Part shown: in pieces, positions 29,617 through 41,810 of the stretch
How the letters are laid out: each line of letters opens with the position of its first letter
Numbering within the stretch: position 1 is the first letter of the stretch
From: Chloroflexota bacterium
GTDB taxonomy: Bacteria > Chloroflexota > UBA11872 > VXOZ01
Direction: 5' to 3'
Assembly (NCBI GenBank): GCA_964291655.2
Contig: OZ219802.1
Coordinates: 1,952,001 to 2,016,000 of the forward strand
Length of the DNA: 64,000 nucleotides
The notes under the pieces: model-generated
What the model was told of the DNA's origin: nothing
Databases searched by the model: none
The model's input: only the letters and a program-made list of their open reading frames with translations
Program-made: the position numbers and the translations under genes

Positions 29617-29767
29617 CCCAGGGAGAGGGAGTAAGACTTTTCCTTCAGGATATTGTCATGCAAGGGTGTCCTAGGAGGCTGTCAGATGAGTTGACTCTAT
29701 AGGTCGAATCTTGCTGCAATCGGGGCTCTACGAAGCCCACCCAGCACGAACGGTAGATGAAACTCGC

Positions 29768-30106
29768 CAGAAGCAACAGACCAGAGACTGCAGACCTGAA
29801 GCAATTGGGCGAAAGCAACAGACCAGAAGCAACAGAGCAGAACCAGCAGGACGAAACCAACTGGCCAGAACTAACAGAGCAGAATCAGCAGGGCATTACC
29901 AGCGCGGCAGAAACCGCACTGAACTGAAAGAGACTGTATCCGTTCGTCCTGAGCTTATCGAAGTACTCAAGACAGGCAAACCCAGCACGAACGATTTTGG
30001 AAACCCGACAGAAGCATCAGGCCAGAACCGGCAGGACGAAACCAACAGGGCAGAACTAATAGAGCAGAATCAGCAGGGCACTTCCAACGCGGCAGGAACC
30101 GCAATG
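29768..30106. repeat. Two arrays of a degenerate 14-bp unit (CAGAANCARCAGRN), about 11 and 7 units
   Basis: Units at 29768-29921 and 30009-30106, within a block duplicated at a 185-bp offset. Confidence 0.85.
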
Positions 30107-30177
30107 TACTGAAAGAGACTGTATCCGTTCGTCCTGAGCTTGTCGAAGGATGAACGGATACCTTTGGCGCAGCCCAC

Positions 30178-31182
30178 TTAGGCCATACGGTCGTACGTCT
30201 CCTCAGTAATGGGGTAGCGCAGCGGTTCGTTGTTGAGGGACCGCTCAAGCTCATCCACCATGGCGGCGCCTTGGCGCAGGCGCGTATCGTCTGACTGCCC
30301 GGCCATGTGCGGGGTCAAGAACACGTTTTCCATCCCGCGCAGCGGGCTATCCTCGGTCAGCGGTTCCGGGTTGAACACGTCGAGCACGGCGCGGATGCGG
30401 CCGGTAGCCAACTCAGCAATCATGTCATCCTGGTTCACAGCGCGCGCCCGCGCGTTATTGATGAACACCCCGCCATCCTGGAGCAGCTTGAAGTGCTTTG
30501 CCGTCACCATGCCGTCCGTTTCCGGCGTGGTGGGCGCGTGATTGGCGATGACGCGGCAGGTGCTGAAGAGTTCTTCCAGGGAGACGCGGGTTACGTTGAG
30601 CGCAGCGGCGCGTTCGTCCGGCAAGTAGGGGTCGTAAACCGCAATCGGCATGCCGAAGCCCTGCAGCTTCCGGATGACGCGTTGGGCTACATAGCCGCAG
30701 CCGATCAGTCCCACTCGTTGGGCTTCCAGCAGATTGCCGCCGGTGGCGCGGCACTCCGACCAGGGCTTTCCCGCGTGTATCCAGGCATTTTGCCGGTGCG
30801 GCCAGCGCAAGCCCAGCAGCATGCCGAACACCGTGAATTCCGCTACCGCTTCCGCAATCATGGGCGCGGCGTGGGTGACGGCGATGCCTTGTTCCAGCGC
30901 GGCTTTTGGGATAAGTCTTCTGATACTTCCCGCGCTGTGGGCGATGATGCGCAATTCAGTAGCGGCAGCCAAGACCTCCGGAGTAATCTCCGGCGTTCCC
31001 CAGCCGGTAATCAGCGCCGTGCAGCCGCCAATCCGACCCGCGACATCCGCGCTCGTTAGCCTTTCGTCATGATCGCCGCCACACACCGTGAAGAGTCCGT
31101 CGAGGCGCTCTTCACTCTCCGACGAGAAGAGACTTGAACGCAGTGTTTTGGTAATTGCGATGAAGAGTTCTGGTTTCGGCAC
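30178..31182 (-). CDS. D-isomer-specific 2-hydroxyacid dehydrogenase
   Basis: GLIGCGYVA, FINNARA, LDVFNPEP, LTPHMAG. GTG start inferred from the RBS. Confidence 0.92.
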   Translation of the reverse strand: MPKPELFIAITKTLRSSLFSSESEERLDGLFTVCGGDHDERLTSADVAGRIGGCTALITGWGTPEITPEVLAAATELRIIAHSAGSIRRLIPKAALEQGIAVTHAAPMIAEAVAEFTVFGMLLGLRWPHRQNAWIHAGKPWSECRATGGNLLEAQRVGLIGCGYVAQRVIRKLQGFGMPIAVYDPYLPDERAAALNVTRVSLEELFSTCRVIANHAPTTPETDGMVTAKHFKLLQDGGVFINNARARAVNQDDMIAELATGRIRAVLDVFNPEPLTEDSPLRGMENVFLTPHMAGQSDDTRLRQGAAMVDELERSLNNEPLRYPITEETYDRMA

Positions 31183-31302
31183 TGAAAGTCTCCCTTTGCA
31201 TTGCCTGGTCAACAATACCGTCAACTCTCCCGTATGCTACCAGACCCGAATGCGCGGTGCGGTTTTGCCGGTGCTGCGGGGCTGAAAGAGGCTGCGTAAG
31301 TC

Positions 31303-31331
31303 TTGACGATACGAATGTACCTTTATAATAT
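31303..31331 (+). promoter_or_regulatory. Sigma70-like promoter of the substrate-binding protein gene
   Basis: TTGACG at 31303 and TATAATAT at 31324-31331, followed by AAGGAGG RBS. Confidence 0.5.
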
Positions 31332-31373
31332 ACGTCTAAGTAGGTTTCAAAGTGGAAACAAGGAGGAAGGGTT

Positions 31374-32663
31374 GTGTCTCGAGTTTTGCGAGCGTTGTTA
31401 TTGTTCATTGTGGCTGGTTCACTTGTGCTGCTTGCATCAGCCTGCGCAACGGAGCCGGCCGCCGAGCCGGAGATGGCCGAAAAGGAAGAGATGGCAGCCG
31501 CGCCCACGGTGAAGATCGGCGTGCTGTTGCCTTTTACCGGGCCTCTAGGCGAGTTTGGCGCGGCCTTTGAGAAGGCGGCAGCCCTCGCCGAAGAGCATCT
31601 GGCCGCAGGCGGCTATCCGGTAGAGATCGTCTACGGCGACACCGAGACGAATCCCACGGCGGCCGTCGAGGCGGCTCGCAAGCTGGTGGACGTCGACCAG
31701 GTGCACGCGGTCATTGGCGCCGCGGCCAGTAGTTCCAGCTTGGCCGTTGCCGAGTCGGTAACGATCCCCAAGGGCGTGCCGCAGATTTCGTACGCGTCCA
31801 CGTCACCGCTGCTCACCATTCTGCCCGCTGACGAGGGCCAGGACTTCCTCTTCCGCACCGTCCCCTCGGATGCGTTGCAGGGTGTTGTGCTGGCGGGCGT
31901 CGCTGTGGAGCAGGGCTACACAAACGTGGCCATCCTCTACGTCAATAACCCATACGGCCAGGGCCTGAAGGACAACTTCCAGGCCGCGTTCGAGGCTGCG
32001 GGCGGCACCGTGAGCGCCGCGGTCCCTCACGACGAAGCGGAAGCCACCACCTACGTGGCGGAGCTGCGCAAAGCGATTGAGGGCGAGCCGGAAGTGCTGC
32101 TGGCGCTGAGCTACGCCGGCCATGCCACGATCTATTTGCGTGAGGCCATTGAGAACGACTTCATCACGAAGTTCCTCTTTGTGGACGGCACCAGATCGGA
32201 AGAGATCATCAAGGCAGTGGGCGCTGAGAATCTTGAAGGCATGCTTGGCACGGCGCCGGGTTCTGCCGAAACCCCGTCGCTTGAGCTCTTCACGGCAGAC
32301 TACCAGGCGAAATACGGCGAGTTACCGCCGCTGCCATTCATGACCAACGTCTATGACTCCATCGTCATCGCGGCGTTGGCGGCACTGGCGGCAGAGGTTT
32401 CCGGCGCGGAGGTTACGCCGGCCGCAGTGCGTGACAAGCTGCGCACGGTTGCCAATCCAGACGGTGACACGGCGGCAGCGGGCGCGGCCGGTGTGAAGGC
32501 CGCCATTGAAGCGCTGCGCGCGGGCGGCAGCATCAACTACGAAGGCGCCGCAGGCGCCCACGACTTTGATTCTGATGGCGACGTGGTCACGCCCATCGAA
32601 GTCTGGAAGTATGCCGGCGGCACCATCGAGAGTGTGCGCACGGAGGAGGTCACGATAGAGTAG
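31374..32663 (+). CDS. Branched-chain amino-acid-type ABC substrate-binding lipoprotein
   Basis: Lipobox LASAC, KIGVLLPFTG, ISYASTSP, FRTVPSDALQG, YVNNPYGQG. Confidence 0.93.
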   Translation: MSRVLRALLLFIVAGSLVLLASACATEPAAEPEMAEKEEMAAAPTVKIGVLLPFTGPLGEFGAAFEKAAALAEEHLAAGGYPVEIVYGDTETNPTAAVEAARKLVDVDQVHAVIGAAASSSSLAVAESVTIPKGVPQISYASTSPLLTILPADEGQDFLFRTVPSDALQGVVLAGVAVEQGYTNVAILYVNNPYGQGLKDNFQAAFEAAGGTVSAAVPHDEAEATTYVAELRKAIEGEPEVLLALSYAGHATIYLREAIENDFITKFLFVDGTRSEEIIKAVGAENLEGMLGTAPGSAETPSLELFTADYQAKYGELPPLPFMTNVYDSIVIAALAALAAEVSGAEVTPAAVRDKLRTVANPDGDTAAAGAAGVKAAIEALRAGGSINYEGAAGAHDFDSDGDVVTPIEVWKYAGGTIESVRTEEVTIE

Positions 32664-32697
32664 TTCGGCTCCAATCCTACTTCGGTGTCACAAGTAA

Positions 32698-32725
32698 GGA
32701 GGGCTGGCGATTCGCCAGCCCTCCG
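32698..32725 (+). terminator. Hairpin after the substrate-binding protein gene
   Basis: GGAGGGCTGGCG-ATT-CGCCAGCCCTCC. Weak T tail. Confidence 0.5.
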
Positions 32726-33097
32726 TGATTCTCACGGCATCCGTCAAGTGTCTGCCTGTTGCCATGGACTTTGAAAACGAAGAGCCGTTCGTGCTGAGCC
32801 TGTCGAAGTACGAACGGTTCTTCAAGCTCACATTCCCTGTAAACCCATCGTAGCCAAACCGTAGCGCGGGGGCTTTTTCCCCACGCCGACTACCCTTGCG
32901 CGACTTCGCATGCTCCCTCTCCCAAGACTGGGAGAGGGCTGGGGTGAGGGTTGAGAGTTGAAACTGCCCGTTGCGAGTGTGGGGCAAGCTATGTGGAGAG
33001 AGCAGCCAACACCCCGCAGAGTCTATAATCAAGGGAGGAATGTTGGCCCGAAGCCATTTCACTAATTACGGCAGCGCTACGGAGGAGAGACCACCGC

Positions 33098-33925
33098 ATG
33101 ACGACCAAGTACCTGTACGGCAAGATGACGTGGCCGGAAATCAAGGAAGCGGCGGCGCAGGAGCGCGTAGCCCTGCTGCCTACGGGGTGCATCGAGGACC
33201 ACGGCCCGCACTTGCCGCTGGATGTGGACGTGCTGCTCCCCACCACCATTTGCGAACGCGCGGCGGAATTGGTGCCGGACCAGTGCGTGGTGGTGCCGGC
33301 GGTCGCCCACGGCTACGATCCGCACCACCTCGACTTTCCCGGCGTGATCCACGTGGACGGCGACGTGTTCGTGCGCTATCTCGTGGATATCTGCACATCG
33401 CTCATCCACCATGGCTTTACGCGCATCATCATGCTGAACGGCCATGGTAGCAATACGGCCTTTACCGAGGTGGCCGCCCGCCTGGCAGTGATTGAGACCG
33501 ATGGCGTGGGGCTGGTCTATGCGCTGAATCACTGGGGCATCGCCGAGGTACGCAAGGTGGTGGCAGAACTACGGGATTCGCCCCACGGTGGCATGTCCCA
33601 CGGCGGCGAGCTGGAAACTAGCCTGTACCTCGCCATCGACCCCGAAAATGTCTATATGGACAAGGCGGCGGCGGAGATCCCGCCGGACGTGCCCATGAGC
33701 CTGGGTGGCTGGAACGACCTGGTCGCTGGGCGGTCTGAAGAGGCCAACCACGCGGTGGCCATGCCCTACTGGAGCACGTTTTCCAAGACCGGCGTGCGTG
33801 GCGATCCGACGGTAGCCACCGCTGAAAAAGGCCGGAAATTCCTGGAGGCAGGGGCCCGCGGCCTGGCACAAATGGTACGCGACTTGCGGCAGCTTGAAAT
33901 CAACCCGCGCGTGGACCATCATTAG
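33098..33925 (+). CDS. Creatininase-family amidohydrolase
   Basis: MTWPE, PTGCIEDHGPHLPLDVD, NGHGSN, HGGELETS, GDPTVATAEKG. Confidence 0.93.
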   Translation: MTTKYLYGKMTWPEIKEAAAQERVALLPTGCIEDHGPHLPLDVDVLLPTTICERAAELVPDQCVVVPAVAHGYDPHHLDFPGVIHVDGDVFVRYLVDICTSLIHHGFTRIIMLNGHGSNTAFTEVAARLAVIETDGVGLVYALNHWGIAEVRKVVAELRDSPHGGMSHGGELETSLYLAIDPENVYMDKAAAEIPPDVPMSLGGWNDLVAGRSEEANHAVAMPYWSTFSKTGVRGDPTVATAEKGRKFLEAGARGLAQMVRDLRQLEINPRVDHH

Positions 33926-33984
33926 TGCCGCCTCAGTCCTGCTATGGCAAAGAGCAGGACTCACTTCTTGTCCCCTCTCCCTCT

Positions 33985-34146
33985 GGGCTGACAGGGTAGG
34001 TATTCTATAATCGACTTTCACATGTCATTCCGAACGGAGCGCAGCGGAGTGAGGAATATCAAATACACCCTTGCCGGGGCGCATCCGGAGCGGACTCTAG
34101 ATTCCTCGCTGCGCTCGGAATGACAGTTTCATACCCCTGTCAGCTC
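33985..34146. mobile_element. MITE family D (TIR GGGCTGACAGGG / CCCTGTCAGCTC)
   Basis: CCTCT duplicated at 33980-33984 and 34147-34151 inside a CCCTCTCCC-GGGAGAGGG hairpin. Carries an inverted GTCATTCCG REP pair. Confidence 0.7.
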
Positions 34147-34273
34147 CCTCTGGGAGAGGGCTAGGGTGAGGGGAAGACGATAGAACGACACTAAGCTGAA
34201 CAAGAACTACCGCCGTTGCCTGACATAGACCGTGCCTCCAACACGCGCATACAGCTAGAAGGAGAACCGCAAC

Positions 34274-35995
<1,722 letters not shown>

Positions 35996-36335
35996 GCAGC
36001 CTTTACTCCTGCCGCCGATGCAACGTGACTAGTGGCCTTGCTGAGGCCCGCCTCCACCCTTGGCGCTTCCACTTTAGTGAAGGTGTCGACCCGTGGGGGC
36101 ACGACTTGTCGTGCCCCTACCCCTGTGCGCCTGTGGTTGCGGTGATTTCAACCCTCACCCTGGCCCTCTCCCAAGATTGGGAGAGGGGACATTCGGAGCG
36201 AATTGCGATGGTTTCCAAGACAGGACGAAGAACGCGAGTATCTCCTGCGAACTCTCACTTTGAACTGGTCGGGCTTTGCTCGTGTTGGAGAAGAGCGGCT
36301 CTAATTGTTAGTCGCAATTTGAGGTATGGGGTAGA

Positions 36336-37727
36336 TCATCGCTCTGTCTGCTGGAGCGGATTTGCTGGCACAAGGTTGCCGTTGGCATCCAGTCGAATCA
36401 GGTCGCGCCGCTCAGTGCCGTCACGGGCTACCGTGTAGAGTTGGGGTGCTGAATGCATGTACTTGCTGTAGTCAATACCAGTCATGTAAATTGCAATCCG
36501 TGTGCTATCGGGTGACCATGCTGCATGTTGCCATCCTTCCAAGAACCCTGAGAGCTCCAAGCTGCGGAGGTCACTGCCGTCCGGTCCAACAATGTATTGC
36601 AAAGAGAGGAGAAGTTCTGATCCATCAGGTGACCACGAGACATGGGAGGCAAACTCCGCCACTCTCCGCAACTCCGTGCCGTCAAATCGCACCGTGTAGA
36701 CACCTCCAGGCTCACCCTCTTCGTTAGCCATTACAAAAACGAGATACTCCCCATCCGGCGACCACGACGGCAGAATCGGCGGCCCTGTACACGAATTGTA
36801 ATCGTACTTGCCTACTACCGCTGTATCTGCAATTCGCGTCATCTCAGAACCATCGACTCGCACAGTGAGTAGGGAGTATCCGAATCCATAGCTAATGGTT
36901 CCCTCTTCATCCATCGGTATAGTTCGTCCTACAAGGAGCGCTAAGCGTTCCCCGTCGGGTGACCACACTGGCGGTGCAAAGAATATGCTTCCCAACCATG
37001 CCTCTTCAGATTCCTCAACCTCTTCTCCTCGTTGCATTCTTTGAATTGAAATTTCTGCGGGTGTGTACCAAGATTCAACCCCTGCTTCTAGTGTTACTTT
37101 CCTCAGCGTGGATGCAGCCAATCGGACATCCGACCCGTCTGCCGCCATTGTGTACAGATCCAAAATGTGTTCATAAAAAGGAGGACGACGGATCGAAAGA
37201 AAAGCGATGCGGCTGCTATCGGGCGACCAGACAGGGTAGTGGTCAAGAACATGGTTCTCTGTAAGCCGCTGCTGCCCGGTACCATCAAGATTGATGACGA
37301 CTATCTCATAGTTATAGTTCTCTCGTTCTGAATACCTGACCGTACCCTCTGTGGAGAACTCGCAGGAGGAGTACACGATTCGGGATCCATCCGGCGATAA
37401 GTCGGCGTGGATACCGTACTTGAAGAATTCGCCTGGATTCGCATCTGCAACCATGTGTACCTGCGTGCCTTCAGCATCTACCACCCAAATGCCTGACCAA
37501 GCGTGATCGAATATGAGATGCGAGCCGTCGGGCGTCCAATCGAGGAAGTGATCGTAATGGGTCCATGGTGCTCCAAAAGAGAATGGTCCGCAATTAGAAA
37601 TCGAATGGTCTGGCGGCAACTGATCTACGTCTCCTTCCATGTTCCCGCAACTCGCAACACTTAGCGCCAGGGCAACTACCAAGACCGCTAGCAATTTCGA
37701 GATTTGTCGTCCCACATACCCACTCAC
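36336..37727 (-). CDS. TolB-like beta-propeller (PD40 repeats) lipoprotein
   Basis: Repeated WSPDG motifs and lipobox-like SVASC. Start uncertain (37715-37802). Lower GC. Confidence 0.85.
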   Translation of the reverse strand: MSGYVGRQISKLLAVLVVALALSVASCGNMEGDVDQLPPDHSISNCGPFSFGAPWTHYDHFLDWTPDGSHLIFDHAWSGIWVVDAEGTQVHMVADANPGEFFKYGIHADLSPDGSRIVYSSCEFSTEGTVRYSERENYNYEIVVINLDGTGQQRLTENHVLDHYPVWSPDSSRIAFLSIRRPPFYEHILDLYTMAADGSDVRLAASTLRKVTLEAGVESWYTPAEISIQRMQRGEEVEESEEAWLGSIFFAPPVWSPDGERLALLVGRTIPMDEEGTISYGFGYSLLTVRVDGSEMTRIADTAVVGKYDYNSCTGPPILPSWSPDGEYLVFVMANEEGEPGGVYTVRFDGTELRRVAEFASHVSWSPDGSELLLSLQYIVGPDGSDLRSLELSGFLEGWQHAAWSPDSTRIAIYMTGIDYSKYMHSAPQLYTVARDGTERRDLIRLDANGNLVPANPLQQTER

Positions 37728-37808
37728 TCTGTAAGTCCTATCTCCAGCCTGGTTGTAGACCTCATGAATCACCCAAACTCCCAGGCATGCTGCTGCCTTC
37801 ACACGTTC

Positions 37809-38876
37809 CTAAGTTGCTGCCAGGGTGGCTTCCATGCGGCGGCCGAGGGCGGTGACGCCGAAGAGGAACACGGCGCAGATGGCGAAGCCGATAGCGAGTT
37901 CCACCCACACGTCGGCGAGGCCCGCGCCGCGGATGGCGATGTCGAACAGCGGGGAGAGGAAGTAGTAGGTGGGGAAGATCTTCGCGATCCACTGGGGCAG
38001 GTTGGGCCAGATGAAGAAGACCACGGGCGCGAGCAGCACGATGGCGCCGGACTTCCAGATGGTGTAGAGCGCTTTCGTATCTTTGGCGAAGGAGCCCAGC
38101 ATCAGGCCGACCTCCACCGCCATGAGCGTGGCGAGCACGAGCACGAGGAGCAGCGCGGCGGTGTTGGTACCGAGCGCGCCGTTCAATGCCAGGGTCACGA
38201 CGCCGGTCGCCATCGCCAGGATGAAGCCCAGCGCGCCCTTGCCGAGCAGGACGTCACCCAGACTGGTCGGCGTCACGAGCAGTGCGGTGAGCGTCCGTTT
38301 TTCCTTTTCTTCCACGAGGCTTGTCGCCGGTGTCAAAGCCCCCGCAATGAGCACCGCCATGAGCACGATCAACGGCAGCAGGCGCGATACCAGCGGCACG
38401 GACTCGCCATCGCCGACGGTGACGGTCTCCACCTCAATCGGCGCGGGAGAGCCCGCCACCTCGCGGATGAGGTCGACCATGGTCACTCCCAGCACGACGC
38501 GGTTCGCGGCCAGGCTCTGGCCGCCAAAGAAGAACTGCACGTTGGGCATCTGACCGGCCTGCAGCGCGCCATCGAAGCCCGTGGGCAGCACGAGGCCGGC
38601 GTCCAGGTCGTTGTTCTCCACCAGCGTCTTTAAAGCGGCGGCGGACTCCGGAAACGTCACCTGAACGCCCTCGATCTCTTGAACGTTCTGCACAATTTGC
38701 GAATCACCCTCATCCACGATGCCGAGCCGGGGCGCGGGATCGAAGAGACTGCCGAACACCACGCGAATGAGGAGCGTGAGGATCACGGGCAGGGCGATGG
38801 CATAGAGAAAGATGGGCGAGCGCGGCCCGACGCCCAAGTCCTTGCGCAACAGGTGCCACGCGTGCACTCCGACCAT
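37809..38876 (-). CDS. ABC-2 type exporter permease
   Basis: EEKEKRTLTALLVTP, GKG motif, FPTYY. Confidence 0.92.
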   Translation of the reverse strand: MVGVHAWHLLRKDLGVGPRSPIFLYAIALPVILTLLIRVVFGSLFDPAPRLGIVDEGDSQIVQNVQEIEGVQVTFPESAAALKTLVENNDLDAGLVLPTGFDGALQAGQMPNVQFFFGGQSLAANRVVLGVTMVDLIREVAGSPAPIEVETVTVGDGESVPLVSRLLPLIVLMAVLIAGALTPATSLVEEKEKRTLTALLVTPTSLGDVLLGKGALGFILAMATGVVTLALNGALGTNTAALLLVLVLATLMAVEVGLMLGSFAKDTKALYTIWKSGAIVLLAPVVFFIWPNLPQWIAKIFPTYYFLSPLFDIAIRGAGLADVWVELAIGFAICAVFLFGVTALGRRMEATLAAT

Positions 38877-39140
38877 GATGTCTCCGCCTTTCGCTCTAAT
38901 TCCTTGTAGCGCGGGGAAAAGACCCCGCTCCTATCCCTGTTTCCTATTGTTCCAGTTCGGCTTACGCCTTTCACCCTTCGACAGGCTCAGAGCCTGCCCC
39001 GTACCGGATACGGGGGCTAACGGTATGTGTCAGACTTAAGGCTAAGGGCATCAACCGGCCCTCTGCACGGCCCTAAGCCTGCCAAAGAATCTCCAACACA
39101 GTCTCCCGGTAACGCGGGGGCTTGTCCCCCGCCTCTTGGT

Positions 39141-40277
39141 CTACAGCGTTTCCACTTTTCTCTTCAGCACAACCAGCCCTACCGCAAAAGCAATCACACA
39201 CCACCCCAACGCCGTGCCAAGGTGCGGCAGAACCTCCGGCCAACCGGCATTGTAGGCACTGGACTGCACCACTGCCTGCACCAGACCGTACGACGGCAAG
39301 ATCTTCACCCACGCCGCAGCCGTGCCGGGAAAGAGCACGGCAATTGCGGGAATCATGAGCGGAATCATGAATGCCATGCCGTAGAAGAGCGTTTCGATGA
39401 AGTCCTTGCCCGCTGAACCGGCAATCAGGCCGAAACCGGTCACCAGCACCGCCCCCAGCAGGATTGCGGCCAACAGGATGAGCGGCTGGTTGGCGAACGA
39501 GCCGATAATAAGCAGCAGGAGCACCGCTTGCACAAAGGCCATGCCCGTGCCCAGGATGCCCTTGGCCGCCAGGAAGTCCGAGACTCGCGTCGGCGAAACG
39601 AGCACGGCCGTCACCGTACGCGCCTGAATCTCGGTGGCTATGAGCGCACTCAGGGCAAAGGTCTCGATGACGAGCGCCAAGACCGCAAAGAGCGGGCGAA
39701 TCTTCTCGCGAAACGGTACCTGATCGCCCACGCGGTCTTCGCCGAGCACGATCACCTCGCGGTCAGGATCGGCAACCGGCAGCGGGTTGCCCGACAGCGC
39801 ATAGGCAATCTCGCGGACAAAGCTCTCCATGGCGCTGCGCAACTCTGCCGGCACGTTGGCGTCCACATAAACGCGCACCGTCGTTTGCTCTCCGGCGGCG
39901 ACGCGCTGCAGGAAGTCATCAGGGAAGGCCAGTCCTATGGCGAGCGGCTGTTCCGGCTCCGCGCCGCCCATGCCGAGGGCAGCCTCCAACGCCGCCACGG
40001 ACTCAAACTGCACAATCTCGATCCCAGCGCCCTGTTCTCCCATGGCCTCAGCGAAAACCGCGTCCATGCCCGTCTGGCGTATGCCCACAGTGAACGACTC
40101 GTCCACGCTGCTCGGCATGAGCCAGAACGCAATGCCGTAGATCACGACGCTAATGACCGTAATCACCACAAAGAACCGTTCGCGGCTATACTCGCGCAAG
40201 TCCTTGCGGAGAATCGCCCAGATGATGGCGGCGCGCGATACCTGGGCACTCATGCTAGACGTCCTCTGTTCATCCAC
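39141..40277 (-). CDS. ABC-2 type exporter permease
   Basis: EIQARTVTAVLVSP, LAAKG, LPSYGL. Start may be 40253. Confidence 0.92.
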   Translation of the reverse strand: MDEQRTSSMSAQVSRAAIIWAILRKDLREYSRERFFVVITVISVVIYGIAFWLMPSSVDESFTVGIRQTGMDAVFAEAMGEQGAGIEIVQFESVAALEAALGMGGAEPEQPLAIGLAFPDDFLQRVAAGEQTTVRVYVDANVPAELRSAMESFVREIAYALSGNPLPVADPDREVIVLGEDRVGDQVPFREKIRPLFAVLALVIETFALSALIATEIQARTVTAVLVSPTRVSDFLAAKGILGTGMAFVQAVLLLLIIGSFANQPLILLAAILLGAVLVTGFGLIAGSAGKDFIETLFYGMAFMIPLMIPAIAVLFPGTAAAWVKILPSYGLVQAVVQSSAYNAGWPEVLPHLGTALGWCVIAFAVGLVVLKRKVETL

Positions 40278-40365
40278 GCTTGCCGTTCTTTACGCGTCAA
40301 CTTTTGCAGTCCCTTGCCTGTCATCCACGTAGTCCCCTGGCAAAGAGCATTCTTCTCTCAGTTCG

Positions 40366-41229
40366 TTATTCTTGCAGCCCCCTGCCCGTGAGGGTGATGA
40401 ATACGGCTTCCAGGGTGGCCTCTTCCGTATGGATCGTAAGCAGGCCCTCCGCGCCCACCACGGCTTTCAGTTGGTCGCCGGTGTCGCTGGCATCGAGCGG
40501 CACCACCTGCTCGCGGATTTCGCCATTCTCGCGGGTGCGCACCCGCACCGACCGCTGGCCATGAGCGAGCTTGAGGTTCTCCGGCGTGTCCAAGGCAGCG
40601 ATCTGGCCGTCGTTGATGAAGGCCACGCGGTCCGAGAGCTTGTCCGCCTCGTCCATGTCGTGGGTGGTGAGCAGTATCGCCGCGCCGCGCTCGGCTTCTT
40701 CCTCGATGACGCGCCGGATGGCCTGCGAGGAGACCGGATCGAGCCCGTCGGTGGGTTCGTCGAGGAAGAGGATATCGGGATTGTTCAGCAGGCACCGGGC
40801 GACCATGAGTCGCTGCTGCATGCCTTTGGAGTAGTCCTTCACGCGGTCGTCGGCGCGGTCAGCCAGGCCCACTCGCTGCAGGAGCGGCGTGGGATCGAAA
40901 TCGCGTATGCCAAAGAGCCTGGCAAAGAAACGCAGGTTCTCCTTGGCGGAGAGATTGAGATAGAGGTTCTTTTCCTCAAAGCAGACGCCGATACGGCCTT
41001 GTATGGCGTCACGGTCCTTGGCAACATCCATGCCAAGTATGGCAATCTCGCCGCTCTGCGGGCGCACTTGGCCGGTGAGCAACTTGATCGTGGTGGACTT
41101 GCCCGCGCCGTTCGGTCCCAGGAAGCCCAAGACTTCGCCTTGCGCGACGCTGAAGCTGATGTCATCCACCGCTTTCACGTCGCCATAGGCAAAACTGACG
41201 CCTGCCACGCGAATGGCTGCCTCACTCAT
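40366..41229 (-). CDS. ABC transporter ATP-binding protein
   Basis: GPNGAGKST, YSKGMQQR, LFLDEPT, TTHDM. Confidence 0.96.
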   Translation of the reverse strand: MSEAAIRVAGVSFAYGDVKAVDDISFSVAQGEVLGFLGPNGAGKSTTIKLLTGQVRPQSGEIAILGMDVAKDRDAIQGRIGVCFEEKNLYLNLSAKENLRFFARLFGIRDFDPTPLLQRVGLADRADDRVKDYSKGMQQRLMVARCLLNNPDILFLDEPTDGLDPVSSQAIRRVIEEEAERGAAILLTTHDMDEADKLSDRVAFINDGQIAALDTPENLKLAHGQRSVRVRTRENGEIREQVVPLDASDTGDQLKAVVGAEGLLTIHTEEATLEAVFITLTGRGLQE

Positions 41230-41810
41230 GTGCTGTTTCTCCTTTGCCCCGACAAGGGCGGAACATCCTTAGCCGCAAAGGGGCCCAAAAACGGCTCGTC
41301 ACTCACGCGCGAACCACCCAACGTCCCGTCATTCGTATGTTGAAAGAGGCGGGCATATGGGCGAATGTAAGAAAGTAACGCAAGGGGCGCGTCGTCCGTC
41401 ATTCCCGCGAAAGCGGGAATCCATCTTCTCTCTTCATCCGAGTGCAGAGCACTCCCAGGGGCGGGGAACAAGCCCCCGCGCTACATTGATTCTCCATTGC
41501 ACCCAGTAGAAATCTCCTGCCGCAATGCAGTTCGTCATTGCCCCTCGCCAGTCAAGCATTGTCCCGTCTTGTCCCGCGCAAGCGGGAACCCATCCTTTGG
41601 CGCCTTTTGCGCACGGTACATGCTATGGAACGGTGCAGTAGCCGCTGCGCAACATTGCTCTTTTCCTGCACGCGAAGCGTTCTAAGAGGCGGGGGACAAG
41701 CCCCCGCGCTACGAGGAGCTTGTGATCCCTCACCCGAACCCTCTGCCCAAGGAGAGAGAATTACCTTGTAATGCGGGACATCCTTTTGCGTAGACTCTAT
41801 CATGAAATGT

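Noticed and set aside
29711-30112. 133-aa Gln/Arg-rich ORF across the 14-bp arrays
   Set aside because: The frame is open only because the strand lacks T. The 14-bp period shifts frame with each unit.
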